A stretch of 64,000 bases of DNA from Candidatus Dormiibacterota bacterium (GCA_963709585.1 CAVPXI010000006.1:32001-96000); one strand, 5' to 3'. Positions 10,041 to 22,378 are shown, counted from the stretch's first letter. Program-made: numbers and translations. Notes: generated from the sequence alone by a model not told the origin.

Positions 10041-11354
10041 ATGAAGCTCTTCAATCGGCTGCGCACTCTGCCGCTACCGGCCGGCACCATCCCGGTCGCG
10101 ATCGGCCTTGGGCTCGCGGGCCTGATGCAGTACGGCTTCCTCGTGGTCGCGGCGCGGGCGCTCGGCACCGCTCGCTTCGCTCCTCTTTCGGTGTTCTGGG
10201 CGCTGCTCTTCGTCTGCGGTCCGGGATTCTTCCTGCCGCTCGAGCAGGAGACCGGCCGGGCGATCGCGGCCAGACGGGTGCGCGGCGAGGGCGGACGTCC
10301 GGTCTTCATGCGCGCGGCATTGCTCGGCAGTGTCCTGGCGGTGGTGTTGATCATCGCCACGCTGGCGGCGGCCGGCCCGATCGACCAGCACGTCTTCAAA
10401 GGAGACCCGGCGTTGCTCGCCGGGCTCGTGGGCGGGTTCGCCGCGTATCTCTGCGAGTTCCTCGCCCGGGGTGCCCTGGCGGGCAACGCTCGCTTCGGCG
10501 CCTACGGGCTCCTGCTCGGCGGCGAAGGAGCACTCCGGGTCGTGTTCGCCGCGATCCTCGCGGTCGTGGGAGTCAAGACCGCCGGTCCCTACGGGATCTC
10601 GCTCATCGTCGCCTCATTCGCGGCGATCGCCCTGGCGACCGCCGGCCGGCGCGGACTGCTCCGTCCCGGCCCGCCCGCGCCGTGGCGGGAGATCACCCAC
10701 GCTCTCGGCTTCCTCCTGATCGCCTCGGTGTTCACCCAGGTGCTGCTCAGCGTCGGCGCGGTCGCCGTGCAGCTGCTCGCGACGCCGGCCGAGCAGACCG
10801 CGGCGGGCAGGTTCCAGTTGAGCCGGATCGTCGCCTACGTTCCGATCTTCCTGTTCCAAGCGGTCCAGTCGGCGCTGCTCCCCAAGCTCTCCACGCTTGC
10901 CACCGGCGGACGCCACCGTGAGTTCCAGGCCCTGCTGACCCGGCTGCTGCTCCTCATGGCTGGTCTGGGCGCGGTCGCCATCGCCGGTTTCACGATCCTG
11001 GGTCCGACCGTGACCCGGATCCTCTTCGGCCACGGATTCGAATTGAGCAACCTCGACTTCGCGCTGCTGTCGGCCAGCTGCATCGGGTTCATCTTCACCC
11101 AGATCTTCGGCTACGTCCTGATCTCCCTCTCCGGCTACCGGCGGGTGGCCCTGGGGTGGACGTGCGGGGCGATCGTGTTCTTCGTGGTGACCGCGGTCGG
11201 CTCGTCACTGTTCCTGCGGGTCGAGCTGGGGCTGCTCTGCGGCGCGCTCGCTTCGTCAGCGGTCATGGCGGTGCTGCTGCTCCCCCTGTTGCGAGCGCGC
11301 GGCGCTATCGAAACGGACCTGCTAATTTCCGATTTGGGAGGCCCGCCCGGCTGA
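10041..11354 (+). CDS. Wzx/MATE-like polysaccharide flippase
   Basis: About 12 TM segments; AARALG, LEQETGR and LLPKLS motifs; sits upstream of sugar-modification genes. Confidence 0.75.
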   Translation: MKLFNRLRTLPLPAGTIPVAIGLGLAGLMQYGFLVVAARALGTARFAPLSVFWALLFVCGPGFFLPLEQETGRAIAARRVRGEGGRPVFMRAALLGSVLAVVLIIATLAAAGPIDQHVFKGDPALLAGLVGGFAAYLCEFLARGALAGNARFGAYGLLLGGEGALRVVFAAILAVVGVKTAGPYGISLIVASFAAIALATAGRRGLLRPGPPAPWREITHALGFLLIASVFTQVLLSVGAVAVQLLATPAEQTAAGRFQLSRIVAYVPIFLFQAVQSALLPKLSTLATGGRHREFQALLTRLLLLMAGLGAVAIAGFTILGPTVTRILFGHGFELSNLDFALLSASCIGFIFTQIFGYVLISLSGYRRVALGWTCGAIVFFVVTAVGSSLFLRVELGLLCGALASSAVMAVLLLPLLRARGAIETDLLISDLGGPPG

Positions 11355-11364
11355 GACTGCGCCC

Positions 11365-12324
11365 ATGGGTGCTCGTGCCCGGATCGCGCTGGTCGGAGCC
11401 GGGGCGATGGGCGCCAATCACGCGCGCGTCATCACGGAGTCCGACGGCGCCGACCTGACGGTGATCATCGACACCGATTCCGAGCGGGTCCGACCGCTCG
11501 CGGAACGGCTCGGCTGCTCCTTTGCCGAGGATCTCGACGCCGCCGCCGGATGCGACGCCGCCGTGATCGCGACCCCGACCGCCTTTCATGCGATCGCCGC
11601 GCGGGCCTTGCTCGAGCTCGGAAAGCCGATCCTCGTCGAGAAGCCGGTGACGCCCGACCTCGAGACCAGCCGGGCGCTGGTCGCGTGCGCAGAGCGCCGG
11701 GGCGTGCCCCTGATGTGCGGCTTCGTGGAGCGCTTCAACCCGGTCGTTGCCACCATGCGCAGCCTCCTCGACGAGGATCCGGTCCACATCGTAGGGCTCC
11801 GCCACTCACCGGAGACGCCACGAAGCACCCTGAGCGTCGTCTTCGATCTGCTGATCCACGAGATCGACCTCGCGCTGACCTACATGGGCGGGGCGAGGCC
11901 GTCTCGCGTCTGCGGCGCCACCAGCGCGGCGGGTCGCGAGTCGATCATGGAGGTCGCCGACTGCCTGCTCCAATTCCAGAGTGGGGCGATCGCGACCCTC
12001 TCTGCCAGCCGGGCGAGCCAGCGCAAGGTGCGTACCCAACTCGTCGCCACGTCGACTGCGCTCTACGACATCGACCTCCTCCGCCAGGACCTGACCGTCT
12101 ACCGGCATCGAGCCCACGCCCAAGGGGTCGGCGTCGGCCAGGCCGCCGGGTATCGAGCCGAGACCGTGATCGACATCCCATTCGTCCGCCATACCGGCGA
12201 GCCGCTCGCGCTCCAGTTCGCCCACTTCCTCGATCTGGTGTCGGGTCGCGCCGACGCATGTGCGGAACGCAACTCGATTCTTCCGGCTCACGAGGTCGCG
12301 GCTGCGATCGAGGAGTGCTCGTGA
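11365..12324 (+). CDS. Gfo/Idh/MocA oxidoreductase (WbpB/GnnA-like nucleotide-sugar dehydrogenase)
   Basis: VGAGAMG, ILVEKP, GFVERFNP, DLLIHEID. Confidence 0.85.
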   Translation: MGARARIALVGAGAMGANHARVITESDGADLTVIIDTDSERVRPLAERLGCSFAEDLDAAAGCDAAVIATPTAFHAIAARALLELGKPILVEKPVTPDLETSRALVACAERRGVPLMCGFVERFNPVVATMRSLLDEDPVHIVGLRHSPETPRSTLSVVFDLLIHEIDLALTYMGGARPSRVCGATSAAGRESIMEVADCLLQFQSGAIATLSASRASQRKVRTQLVATSTALYDIDLLRQDLTVYRHRAHAQGVGVGQAAGYRAETVIDIPFVRHTGEPLALQFAHFLDLVSGRADACAERNSILPAHEVAAAIEECS

Positions 12325-13067
12325 GCGACCCGACCGTCACCTACGTCATCCCGGTCCACAACCAGATCGCCAACGTACGAAGGACCGTTCGCCTGCTGGT
12401 CGCGCGCCTTGGCCACCTTCCCGGGTCGGAGATCATCCTCGTGGAGAACGGGTCGACCGACGGATCCGGCCCGCTCTGCCTCTCGGTGGCGGCGTCGGTC
12501 GACAGCGACGAGGTGGCCGTTCGGGTCACCACCTCGGCGAAGGGCATGGGCTTCGCGTGGCGCCGGGGGATCGCCATGGCCCGCGCTGACACCCTGGTCC
12601 TGACCGCGGCCGACCTGCCCTTCGGCTTCACCGATCTCGACGGCTACCTCGGCCTCAGCCCGCGCCCGGCCCTCGTGATGGGGTCGAAGACGCATCCCGA
12701 GTCGCAGATCGAGGCGCCGGCGGTCCGGCGCGCCATGTCGGCGGGATTCGGCCTGCTGCGCTCCGGCATCATCGGGCTCGACGTCGACACCCAGGGCACG
12801 GTGCTCATCCAGCGCTCGCTCGCCCATGCATTGTTGCCGCGCCTGCGCGCCGGCGATTACCTGATCGGCGCCGAGATCAATCTCTGGGCCGTGCACGAGG
12901 GAGTCACGCCGGTGGAGGTCCCGGTCGTCTACACGGCGTCCGGGCATTCCACGGTGTCCCCACTTCGCGATTCGGTGTCGATGGCGGTGGGCCTCGTGGC
13001 CCTGCGCCGGCGGCTCGCCGAGGAGCGGCGCCCGCAGCGGCATGCCGGCGAGGTGGCGGCATCGTGA
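12321..13067 (+). CDS. GT2 polyprenol-phosphate glycosyltransferase-like protein
   Basis: YVIPVHN, VENGSTDGS, KGMG, TAADL, DTQG, EVPV; GTGA overlap with the upstream gene. Confidence 0.8.
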   Translation: MSDPTVTYVIPVHNQIANVRRTVRLLVARLGHLPGSEIILVENGSTDGSGPLCLSVAASVDSDEVAVRVTTSAKGMGFAWRRGIAMARADTLVLTAADLPFGFTDLDGYLGLSPRPALVMGSKTHPESQIEAPAVRRAMSAGFGLLRSGIIGLDVDTQGTVLIQRSLAHALLPRLRAGDYLIGAEINLWAVHEGVTPVEVPVVYTASGHSTVSPLRDSVSMAVGLVALRRRLAEERRPQRHAGEVAAS

Positions 13068-14188
13068 CCGCCGTCCACGCCCCGGCTGAGCCTCGGATCC
13101 GGATCTCCGCACCCCATCTGGGCCGGGAGGTCGAGGAACTGGTCCTTTCGGTGCTCCGCAGCGGCCACCTCGCCCAGGGGCCGATGGTCGAACGATTTGA
13201 AGCGCTCTGCACGGCGATGGCCGGCACCGCGCACGCGATCGCGGTGAGCAACGGGACGGTCGCGCTCGACGCGGCGCTGGCCGTGCTCGAGATCGGTCCG
13301 GGCCAGGAGGTGATCACGTCCCCGTTCACCTTCGCGGCAACCATCAACGCGATCCTGCGCAGTGGGGCGTCGGTTCGTTTCGCCGACATCCGCGAGGACT
13401 TCACGATCGATCCGGCGTCGGTCGCCGCGTTGATCGGGCCGGCGACGGCGGCGATCATGCCAGTGCATCTCTATGGGCTCCCCGCCGACATGCGCCCGCT
13501 CATGTCGCTCGCCGCCTCGCACCGGCTGTCGGTGGTCGAGGACGCCGCTCAAGCGCACGCCGCCGACATCGACGGCCGTCGCACCGGCGGTTTCGGCCTG
13601 GGCTGCTTCTCGTTCTATGCCACCAAGAACGTCACCAGCGGCGAGGGCGGCTGCGTCACCACCGACGATTCGATGCTCGCCGAGCGACTCAGGGTGCTGC
13701 GCAACCAGGGGATGCGCTCCCGGTATGATTACGCCATGATCGGCCAGAACTGGCGGATGACCGACGTGGCCGCGGCGATCGCCATTCCCCAGATGGAGCA
13801 CCTCGACGAGATCGTCAGAGCGCGACGGCACAATGCCGCGGTGCTGACGTCGCTGCTCGAGACCAATCCGGCAGTCACGACTCCGTTCGTGCCCTCCGGT
13901 CGCGGCCATGTCTGGCACCAGTACACGGTGCTGCTGGAGCCGGGGATCGATCGTGACCGCGTCGCGGCGGCGATGTCGTCAGACGGCGTCGATACCGGCG
14001 TGTACTACCCCGCGCTGGTCTGGGACCACGACGCCTACCGCAACCATCCGAACGTGCACCGGGACGACACTCCGGTCGCGCGCGACTCGGCGTTGCGCTG
14101 CCTCTCGCTCCCCGTGCACCCCGGGTTGAGCGCCCACGATCTAGAGCGGGTTGCCGCCAGTCTCGAGCGGGCGCTGATCGCGATCTGA
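13064..14188 (+). CDS. DegT/DnrJ/EryC1/StrS sugar aminotransferase
   Basis: VSNGT, PVHLYG, VEDAAQAH, FSFYATKN (PLP lysine), GEGG, LSLPVHP. Confidence 0.92.
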   Translation: MTAVHAPAEPRIRISAPHLGREVEELVLSVLRSGHLAQGPMVERFEALCTAMAGTAHAIAVSNGTVALDAALAVLEIGPGQEVITSPFTFAATINAILRSGASVRFADIREDFTIDPASVAALIGPATAAIMPVHLYGLPADMRPLMSLAASHRLSVVEDAAQAHAADIDGRRTGGFGLGCFSFYATKNVTSGEGGCVTTDDSMLAERLRVLRNQGMRSRYDYAMIGQNWRMTDVAAAIAIPQMEHLDEIVRARRHNAAVLTSLLETNPAVTTPFVPSGRGHVWHQYTVLLEPGIDRDRVAAAMSSDGVDTGVYYPALVWDHDAYRNHPNVHRDDTPVARDSALRCLSLPVHPGLSAHDLERVAASLERALIAI

Positions 14189-14201
14189 CAGCGGCGCCGC
14201 G

Positions 14202-15510
14202 TCAGCCGGACGCCGTCGAACTCGATCGCCGAGAGCAGTTCGTCACCCTGGTCGGCGGGCCCGACCAGCGCCATGCGCACCTCCCCGATGCCATCGGCGA
14301 TCTGCTCGGCGATCGTCTGCACCTCGGCCGCGGTGACCTTCATGATGGCCTCGGCACGGTCGTCCGGGGTCTCGAGCGGGAGTTCGGCGCGCCAGCGAGT
14401 CCCGTAGAACCGCGCGCTCGCGATTGATGTCTCGGTGGAGCGCAGCAGCCTGCCGATCATCGCCGACTTCGCGGCGGCGAGCTCGTCGGCGGCGACGCGC
14501 TTCGAGGCGATCTTGCGGAACTCCTTGAACGCGAGCCTCGTGGCTTTGCGCGCGTCCTTCGGGCGGGTCGCGGTGGCGATCGCGAACAGCCCGGTGTCGT
14601 CGAAACCGGCGTGGTGCGCGTAGATGCTGTAGACGAGACCGTTGCGCTCTCGAACCGTCTGGAACAACCGCGACGACATGCCACCGCCGAGCACATGGGT
14701 CATGACCGAGAGCTGAGTGCGTCGCGGGTCGGTCGCCGGGATCCCGGGCACGGCGAACACCATGTGCACCTGCGGCTCCTCCTGCGCGGTCACAGGGCGG
14801 ACGTTGGCCGTGTAGCGATCCCCGAGGCCCCATTTGGCCTTGGTGCGGCGACGCGGCTTGCCCCGCGGGATGTCCGCGAGCAGCTCGAGCGCCTGGTCCT
14901 GGCTCATGGTCGCGCCGCCCGCGATGACGAGGCACATCGACTTCGGCGAATAGAACGCACGGTGGTACTCGGTGAGCTGTTCGCGCGTCGCCTTCTCGAT
15001 CACCGCGGGAAATCCGGCAGCGGACCAGGACATCGGCTGGTCACCGCCGAAGGCCACGGTTCCGAGACGGTCCCATATCCAGCCGTCGGGGTCGGCGAGC
15101 CGCATCGACAGCTCCTGGAGCACGACGTTGCGCTCGCGCTCGACCTCCTCGGCTGCGAAGAGAGGCCGGCTGAGCATGTCGCAGATGACATCCGCAAGCT
15201 CGAGCATCGCGGTCGCCGGGCCTTCGGCGAAGTACGCGACTTCCTCGGTATCGGTGTACGCGTTGGTGTTGGCGCCGAGACGATCGATCTCGCGCGAGAT
15301 GATCTTCGTGGTGGGGCGGCGCTCGGTGCCCTTGAAGAACATGTGCTCGAGGTAGTGCGCGAGCCCGGAGGTCTCGGCCGATTCGTCGCGAGAGCCGGCG
15401 CGAACGATGAGGAACACGCCGGAGTTCCGGCTGCTCGAGGGCGCGTTGAGCAGGCTGACTCCGTTGCCGAGAACCGTCAGCTCGGGCCGATAGGGGATGT
15501 TTGCGGCCAT
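14202..15510 (-). CDS. M16 (pitrilysin) family zinc peptidase; true stop probably 14202 via a 1-nt indel (as read, the ORF runs to 14035)
   Basis: GLAHYLEHMFFKGT, NAYT, LGGGMSSRLFQTVRE..GLVYS. Confidence 0.88.
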
Positions 15511-15512
15511 GG

Positions 15513-17350
<1,838 letters not shown>

Positions 17351-17408
17351 CGGAGCCAGTCTATCCGACAAACTCTGTGACCGTGCCCTCCCCAGCGAGC
17401 CCTGCGCG

Positions 17409-18527
17409 ATGAGGGTGGCCATGGATGGGCGGCCGCTCCAGGGCGCGTCCTCGGTGCGCGGGATTGGGAGCTACGAGCGCGGCCTGCTCGCGGGGTTCGG
17501 CGAGCTGGCGCAGCCGCCTCAGGTCAGCCTGCTGCTCTCCGCGCACCAGGAGCTGCCGGCCGAGGTCACGATCGCCCTCCGGCCCGTGGCGCGGCGCATC
17601 CCCGTGGTCCACCCGACGCTCCAGCCGATCGCCGATACGCTCCTGGTGGCGAACGCGCTTCGCGGCACGAACGCCGACCTGTACCACGCGATCGAGTTCG
17701 GACAGCCGTTGCGCACGCAACTCCCGGTGGTGGTCACGGTCCACGACCTGATTCCGTTCGTGATGCCACGCGACTACCCGTGGGTGCGCAGGGCACGGAT
17801 CCTCGGACTGCGCCTCCTCCACCGCGCCGACGCGGTGATCGCCGTGTCCGACTCAACCCGTCGCGACGTCATCCGCTTCACGAGAACGGATCCGGGGCGG
17901 ATCGCCGTGATCCCGGAAGGAATCTCACCCGCGTTCCGTCCCGCCTCCCCTGATGCGGTGCACCGCCTTCGCGACAAATTCCGCCTGCACCGGCCGTTCC
18001 TCCTCGCGGTCGGCACCTTCGACCCGCGCAAGCGCATCGCTGTGCTCGCCGACGTGGTCCGTCGCGTTCGTCGCGACCACGATGTTGCGCTCGTCATCGC
18101 CGGCGATCAGGGGACGTTCACTGGAGCGGTGACCGACGCGCTGGCGCGCGCCGGGCTCGCCGAACACGGTCGCGTGATCGGCCACGTCACCAACGACGAT
18201 CTGGTCGCCCTGTACACCGCTGCTGAGGTATTCGTCTTCACGTCCGCATACGAAGGGTTCGGATTGCCGCCGCTCGAGGCGATGGCCTGCGGCACGCCGG
18301 CGGTGGTCTTCGACAACTCGTCGCTGCGGGAGGTGAGCGGCGGCGCGGCGAGCATCGTGCCCGACGGCGATGCGAACGCCATGGCGGCGGCGATCAACGC
18401 CGTGCTCGACGACCCTGCCGAGCGCGAGCGGCGGCGGTCCGACGGGCTTGCATGGGTCGCGAATTTCACCTGGCCGCGGGCCGCGGCGTTGACCTATGAG
18501 ATCTATCGGTCGGTGCTCGAGCGCTGA
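17409..18527 (+). CDS. GT4 glycosyltransferase
   Basis: RGIGSY, TVHDLIP, DPRKR, YEGFGLPPLEAMACG, FTW. Confidence 0.92.
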   Translation: MRVAMDGRPLQGASSVRGIGSYERGLLAGFGELAQPPQVSLLLSAHQELPAEVTIALRPVARRIPVVHPTLQPIADTLLVANALRGTNADLYHAIEFGQPLRTQLPVVVTVHDLIPFVMPRDYPWVRRARILGLRLLHRADAVIAVSDSTRRDVIRFTRTDPGRIAVIPEGISPAFRPASPDAVHRLRDKFRLHRPFLLAVGTFDPRKRIAVLADVVRRVRRDHDVALVIAGDQGTFTGAVTDALARAGLAEHGRVIGHVTNDDLVALYTAAEVFVFTSAYEGFGLPPLEAMACGTPAVVFDNSSLREVSGGAASIVPDGDANAMAAAINAVLDDPAERERRRSDGLAWVANFTWPRAAALTYEIYRSVLER

Positions 18528-18539
18528 AGGCGCCGAGCG

Positions 18540-20073
18540 CTACGCCTTTTCGGTGACGTGATATTCGAGATACGCGCCGAACATCAGCCGGGTCTGCGCC
18601 TCGAGTGCCGGGATCACGCTGAGCGCGAGTCCCACGACCGGGTACGTGAACAGCTGCAACTCCGCCCAGCGCCTGCGCCACCACGGCCACTCCCTGGGCT
18701 TTGGAGATATCCGATAGTCGACCTGCACCAGGAGCAGGGTGTTGAGCAGCGTAATCGTGAGAATGCTCGCGCTGAGACTGCCGAGCAACGCCGAGGTTGA
18801 CGAGAGACTGTAGTCAAGGTCGATGAAGGCCGGCAGCGCACCCCCGAAGAAGAGGAGCAACGGCAGCGTTGCCCAGGTCAGATGGTTGAAGATGAGATTT
18901 GCATATCGGCGTGCGCGCAGACGCCACGGGATCTCCGGGTGCATCAGCATTCGTGAGGTGACGTAAGGGATGTCGGTTGCTCCCCATGCCCACCGCTTGA
19001 TCTGGTTGTACTGCGACGCGTGGGTTGCGGTGTAGGTGCGTGCGCGTGGAGCGTCGCCATACACAGGGAGGAACGCGGGTCTCGTGTTGAGCTTGCCGCC
19101 GGTGTGGAAGAAGGCCTTCCAGAAGAACCGCGAATCCTCGGGGATCACGTCGGAGTCCCAGTAGCCGACACTGGCCAGCAGGTCGAGCGACATCGAGTAC
19201 GACGAGAACATGACCAGCCGATGCGGATTCTGGTGCAGGAACATCTGCCACTGGGTCGCGGCAGTCGCCATCACGCGCACGGCGGTGGGCACTCGCCAGA
19301 TGTTGTTGAGGAACACGGGAACCGGTTGCCAGATCGAGACCAGTCGATCCTCGGCCGCGCAGAACTGCAGCGTGATGTAGGCGAAGTACTGTGGATGCAA
19401 CCGGAAGTCGGAGTCGAGATCGGTCACCATGGTTCGGGACGGATCGAGACCCAGGTCGTCGCATGCCCCCTTGAGCACCGGTCCGCCATACGCCATGGCG
19501 GCCGACTTCCCCACGACGATTCCGGGGAGCAACGGGTCCTTGATGTGCAGGAACAGCCGGAACGAGTTCTCGAACTCAGCGCGCAGCCGGGCCACGTTCT
19601 CGATGCCGCCGGTGTCGGTCTCGCGGGTGATGATCGCGCAGACGCGGAGATGTGCCGGGTAGTTCTGCGCGGCGAGCGCGGCCACGGTCGCGTGGAGGAT
19701 GTCGTACGAACTCGGTGTAGGTCGGAATAAGCGCGCACTGCACCACCTCGGACGGCTTCGGCGCTCCCTCGGGCAGTGACGCCTCGAGGTCCTCGCATCG
19801 CTGCCACCAGTCGACGGCCTCGGTGGCCTCGAGCGCTTTCAGAGTCTTGCGGACACCTCGCACCGTCACCGTGGTCCGCACCAGCCAGTAGGCGTCGAGG
19901 AGGACGGCACCGACGCCGAGGATCCAGAGCATCCCCGGGTCATTGAGCCTGATCGCGAACGCGGCAACCACCGGGACGAGCAGAGCGAACCACGTGAGGG
20001 CGCCCGGGAGGATTTCAAGGAGCCGCTGCTGGGTATGGTGCGACAGCGGGATCGCCCTGGATCGCGCGATCAT
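18540..20073 (-). CDS. Membrane GT2 (cellulose-synthase-like, QxxRW) glycosyltransferase; frameshift near 19709
   Basis: LEILPGALTW, IPTYTE|SYDILHAT after removing one base, GKSAAM, DLDSD, IPEDSR, QIKRWAWG, C-terminal TM segments. Confidence 0.85.
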
Positions 20074-20111
20074 CTGCACGCAGTCTACCGATCCGTCACA
20101 TACGAGCCTGA

Positions 20112-21512
20112 ATGCCCAAAGAACCAACCGACCCCACCGCCGAAGCCGACCAGGAGCCCGAGACCCCGGCCGCCGAGGTGCCGGAGGGTGACGCAGTCGA
20201 GCTGGACGATACCGACGACACCGACGACATCGCGATCGAGATCGGGGTTGTCGTCGCGGTCGACGAGGACGATGACGATGACGACGACGAGGAGGAGGTC
20301 GTGGCGGTAGCCGCGCCGGTGGTGGTCGCACCTCCACCGCGTCCTTCGCCGACACCCGGGCGACCGCCCGGGGCGCGCGAGGAACCCCCGCCCCCATTCG
20401 GCGTCGGCGAGCGGGTGATCCTCACGTCGAACACCCGCCCGCGCACGGGGACATCGATCGGGGACTACCCGGTCGGCTCCAGGGGAATCGTCGAGACGGT
20501 GTTGAGCCAGACGGCGATCGTTCGTTTCGACAGGCACTCGGACACCAAGGAGGTCGTCGCCTTCACGTGTCTCGAGACGGCCGAGACACCGGACCGCCAT
20601 GCCGAGCTGACCCAGCTCATGGTCGAGCCTGTACGCGTCGGCGATCGAGGTCCGCGGCCCGCCGCCAACGGTGCGGTCGCGCCCTCCGCGGCTGAGCCGG
20701 CGCCGAAGCCGGCTGAAGCAGCGGTCGCGCCTCCGCCGCCCAGGGCCGCCGCGCCCCCCGCCAGACGGACGGAGCCGCATGTCGTGGTTGCGCCTCCGGC
20801 ACCGCGGCCCGAGCCCGCCGCCAAGCCGTCCGCGACGGCATCCTCCCGTGAGGCGAGGACCATGGCCTCCGCGGCACCTGTGCAATCCAGACCCGCACTG
20901 AAAGCGGCCCCGGTGTCCAAGCCGAAGCCGGCTGCGAAGGCTGCCGCCGTCAAACCGGCACCGGCGGCCAAGCCGAAGCCCACCGTCAAGGCCAAACCGG
21001 CGGCCACACCCAAGTCCGCCGCCAGAGTGAAGCCTCCGGGCGCCGTCAAGCCCAAACCGGCAGCCAAAAGCGCCAAGAGCGGAACGAGCCCTGCCAAGAG
21101 CACCACGACGGCGAGGAGCGCCGTTACCGGCAAGAGCACCAAGGCCGGCAAGAGCGCCGCTGCCAAGCGCAGTGCCGGGAAGCGCACCGCTGCTCCGAAG
21201 AGCAGTGCCGCCAAGCGCACTGCGGCCAAGAAGCCCGCTGCCAGCAAGACGGTAGCCAAGAGCAAGACAGCCGCCAAGACGGCGGCCCGATCCGCAGCGG
21301 CCAAACCGGCGCCGAAGTCAGGCGCAAAAGCGGTCGCAAAGCCAGCCGCGAAGGCCAAGGCGACTGCGCCGAAGAGGTCGGCCGCCAAGCCCGCTCCAGC
21401 CAAGCCCGCTCGGTCGTCCGCCGCCAAACGACCGGCCCCCGCCAAGCGATCCCCGGCCACCACGGCCAAGTCAGCCCGCGTCAAACCCCAGGCAAGTCGC
21501 CGAGGACGCTGA
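20112..21512 (+). CDS. Histone-H1-like protein: acidic N-terminus, small beta-barrel (SH3/KOW-like) core, long Pro/Ala/Lys tail
   Basis: DEDDDDDDDEEE run; FGVGERVILT...GSRGIVETV...AIVRFD; about 200 aa of AKP/AAKR repeats with typical GC3-rich codons. Confidence 0.75.
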   Translation: MPKEPTDPTAEADQEPETPAAEVPEGDAVELDDTDDTDDIAIEIGVVVAVDEDDDDDDDEEEVVAVAAPVVVAPPPRPSPTPGRPPGAREEPPPPFGVGERVILTSNTRPRTGTSIGDYPVGSRGIVETVLSQTAIVRFDRHSDTKEVVAFTCLETAETPDRHAELTQLMVEPVRVGDRGPRPAANGAVAPSAAEPAPKPAEAAVAPPPPRAAAPPARRTEPHVVVAPPAPRPEPAAKPSATASSREARTMASAAPVQSRPALKAAPVSKPKPAAKAAAVKPAPAAKPKPTVKAKPAATPKSAARVKPPGAVKPKPAAKSAKSGTSPAKSTTTARSAVTGKSTKAGKSAAAKRSAGKRTAAPKSSAAKRTAAKKPAASKTVAKSKTAAKTAARSAAAKPAPKSGAKAVAKPAAKAKATAPKRSAAKPAPAKPARSSAAKRPAPAKRSPATTAKSARVKPQASRRGR

Positions 21513-21524
21513 TCGGCCCCGGGC

Positions 21525-22250
21525 TTATCCCGCGCGGTTCGCCGCCTCCGGCTCCAGGGACGCGTAGACCCCGCGGTAGGCAGGTGGCAGGAGCTCGGCG
21601 ATTCGCGATCCGATGAGATCGGCCACCGCCTGATCGTCGCGCCGTTCCCCAGGCACCCGCTCGGGTAGCTGGAAGACGGGGCCGAGCTTCAGCCGGATCG
21701 GGACGCGCCGGGGAAACCTGCGGCCCCGAGGAAGGGCGGCTTCAGTCCCCCAGACGCCCACGGGAAGAATGGATGCGCCGGACCGGCGTGCGAGGAACCC
21801 GACCCCCGCTTCGGCCCGGCGCATCCCAGGGGCGGCCGAGCGCGTGCCCTCGAGGAACATGAGCAGCCGGCCACGGCGCGCAAGCACATCGAGCGCCGTC
21901 TTCAGGGCACGGCGGTCGGCGGTGCCGCGGTCGATCGGGAAGCAATTACAGCCCGCGAGGATCCAGGCCACGATCGGGTTGTTGAACAACTCGCGCTTGG
22001 ACATGCAGTAGAGAACCCCCGGACCAAAGCCGCCGAAGATCCACGGATCGATGTTGCTCAGGTGATTGCAGACCACCAGAAGTGGCCCTTCGGATGGAAA
22101 CGACGACATCGGATCGAGCTGGAGCCCGCGACCGAAGAATCCGCGCAGCGAGACCCTGCAGATCAGCGAGACCGCGTGGTAGCGCAATGACCTGACCCCG
22201 TCATCGCGGACGGGGAATCGCTCGGGAAAGCCGGGAATCTCTGCGGTCAC
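21525..22250 (-). CDS. plsC: 1-acyl-sn-glycerol-3-phosphate acyltransferase
   Basis: NHLSNID (HX4D), FPIDRG, FLEGTRS, ILPVGV. Confidence 0.88.
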   Translation of the reverse strand: MTAEIPGFPERFPVRDDGVRSLRYHAVSLICRVSLRGFFGRGLQLDPMSSFPSEGPLLVVCNHLSNIDPWIFGGFGPGVLYCMSKRELFNNPIVAWILAGCNCFPIDRGTADRRALKTALDVLARRGRLLMFLEGTRSAAPGMRRAEAGVGFLARRSGASILPVGVWGTEAALPRGRRFPRRVPIRLKLGPVFQLPERVPGERRDDQAVADLIGSRIAELLPPAYRGVYASLEPEAANRAG

Positions 22251-22302
22251 GAGTATCGATGGTAGGGCGTGCCGCATGGGCGGCAATACAATCCTGGCTC
22301 CG

Positions 22303-22372
22303 GCCCCCTTAGCTCATCGGTAGAGCAGCCGGCTTTAACCGGTTGAGGGAGGTTCGATTCCTCCAGGGGGCA
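22303..22372 (+). tRNA. tRNA, most likely tRNA-Lys(UUU); the anticodon loop is only 6 nt as sequenced; no encoded CCA
   Basis: Acceptor GCCCCCT/AGGGGGC, D arm GCTC/GAGC, anticodon arm GCCGG-CTTTAA-CCGGT, T arm GGAGG-TTCGATT-CCTCC, discriminator A; TACAAT -10 upstream. Confidence 0.8.
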
Positions 22373-22378
22373 GCGTTC

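Noticed and set aside
20465-21484. 339-aa hydrophobic antisense ORF resembling a membrane protein
   Set aside because: It is the mirror of the Ala/Lys repeat codons of the H1-like gene on the + strand
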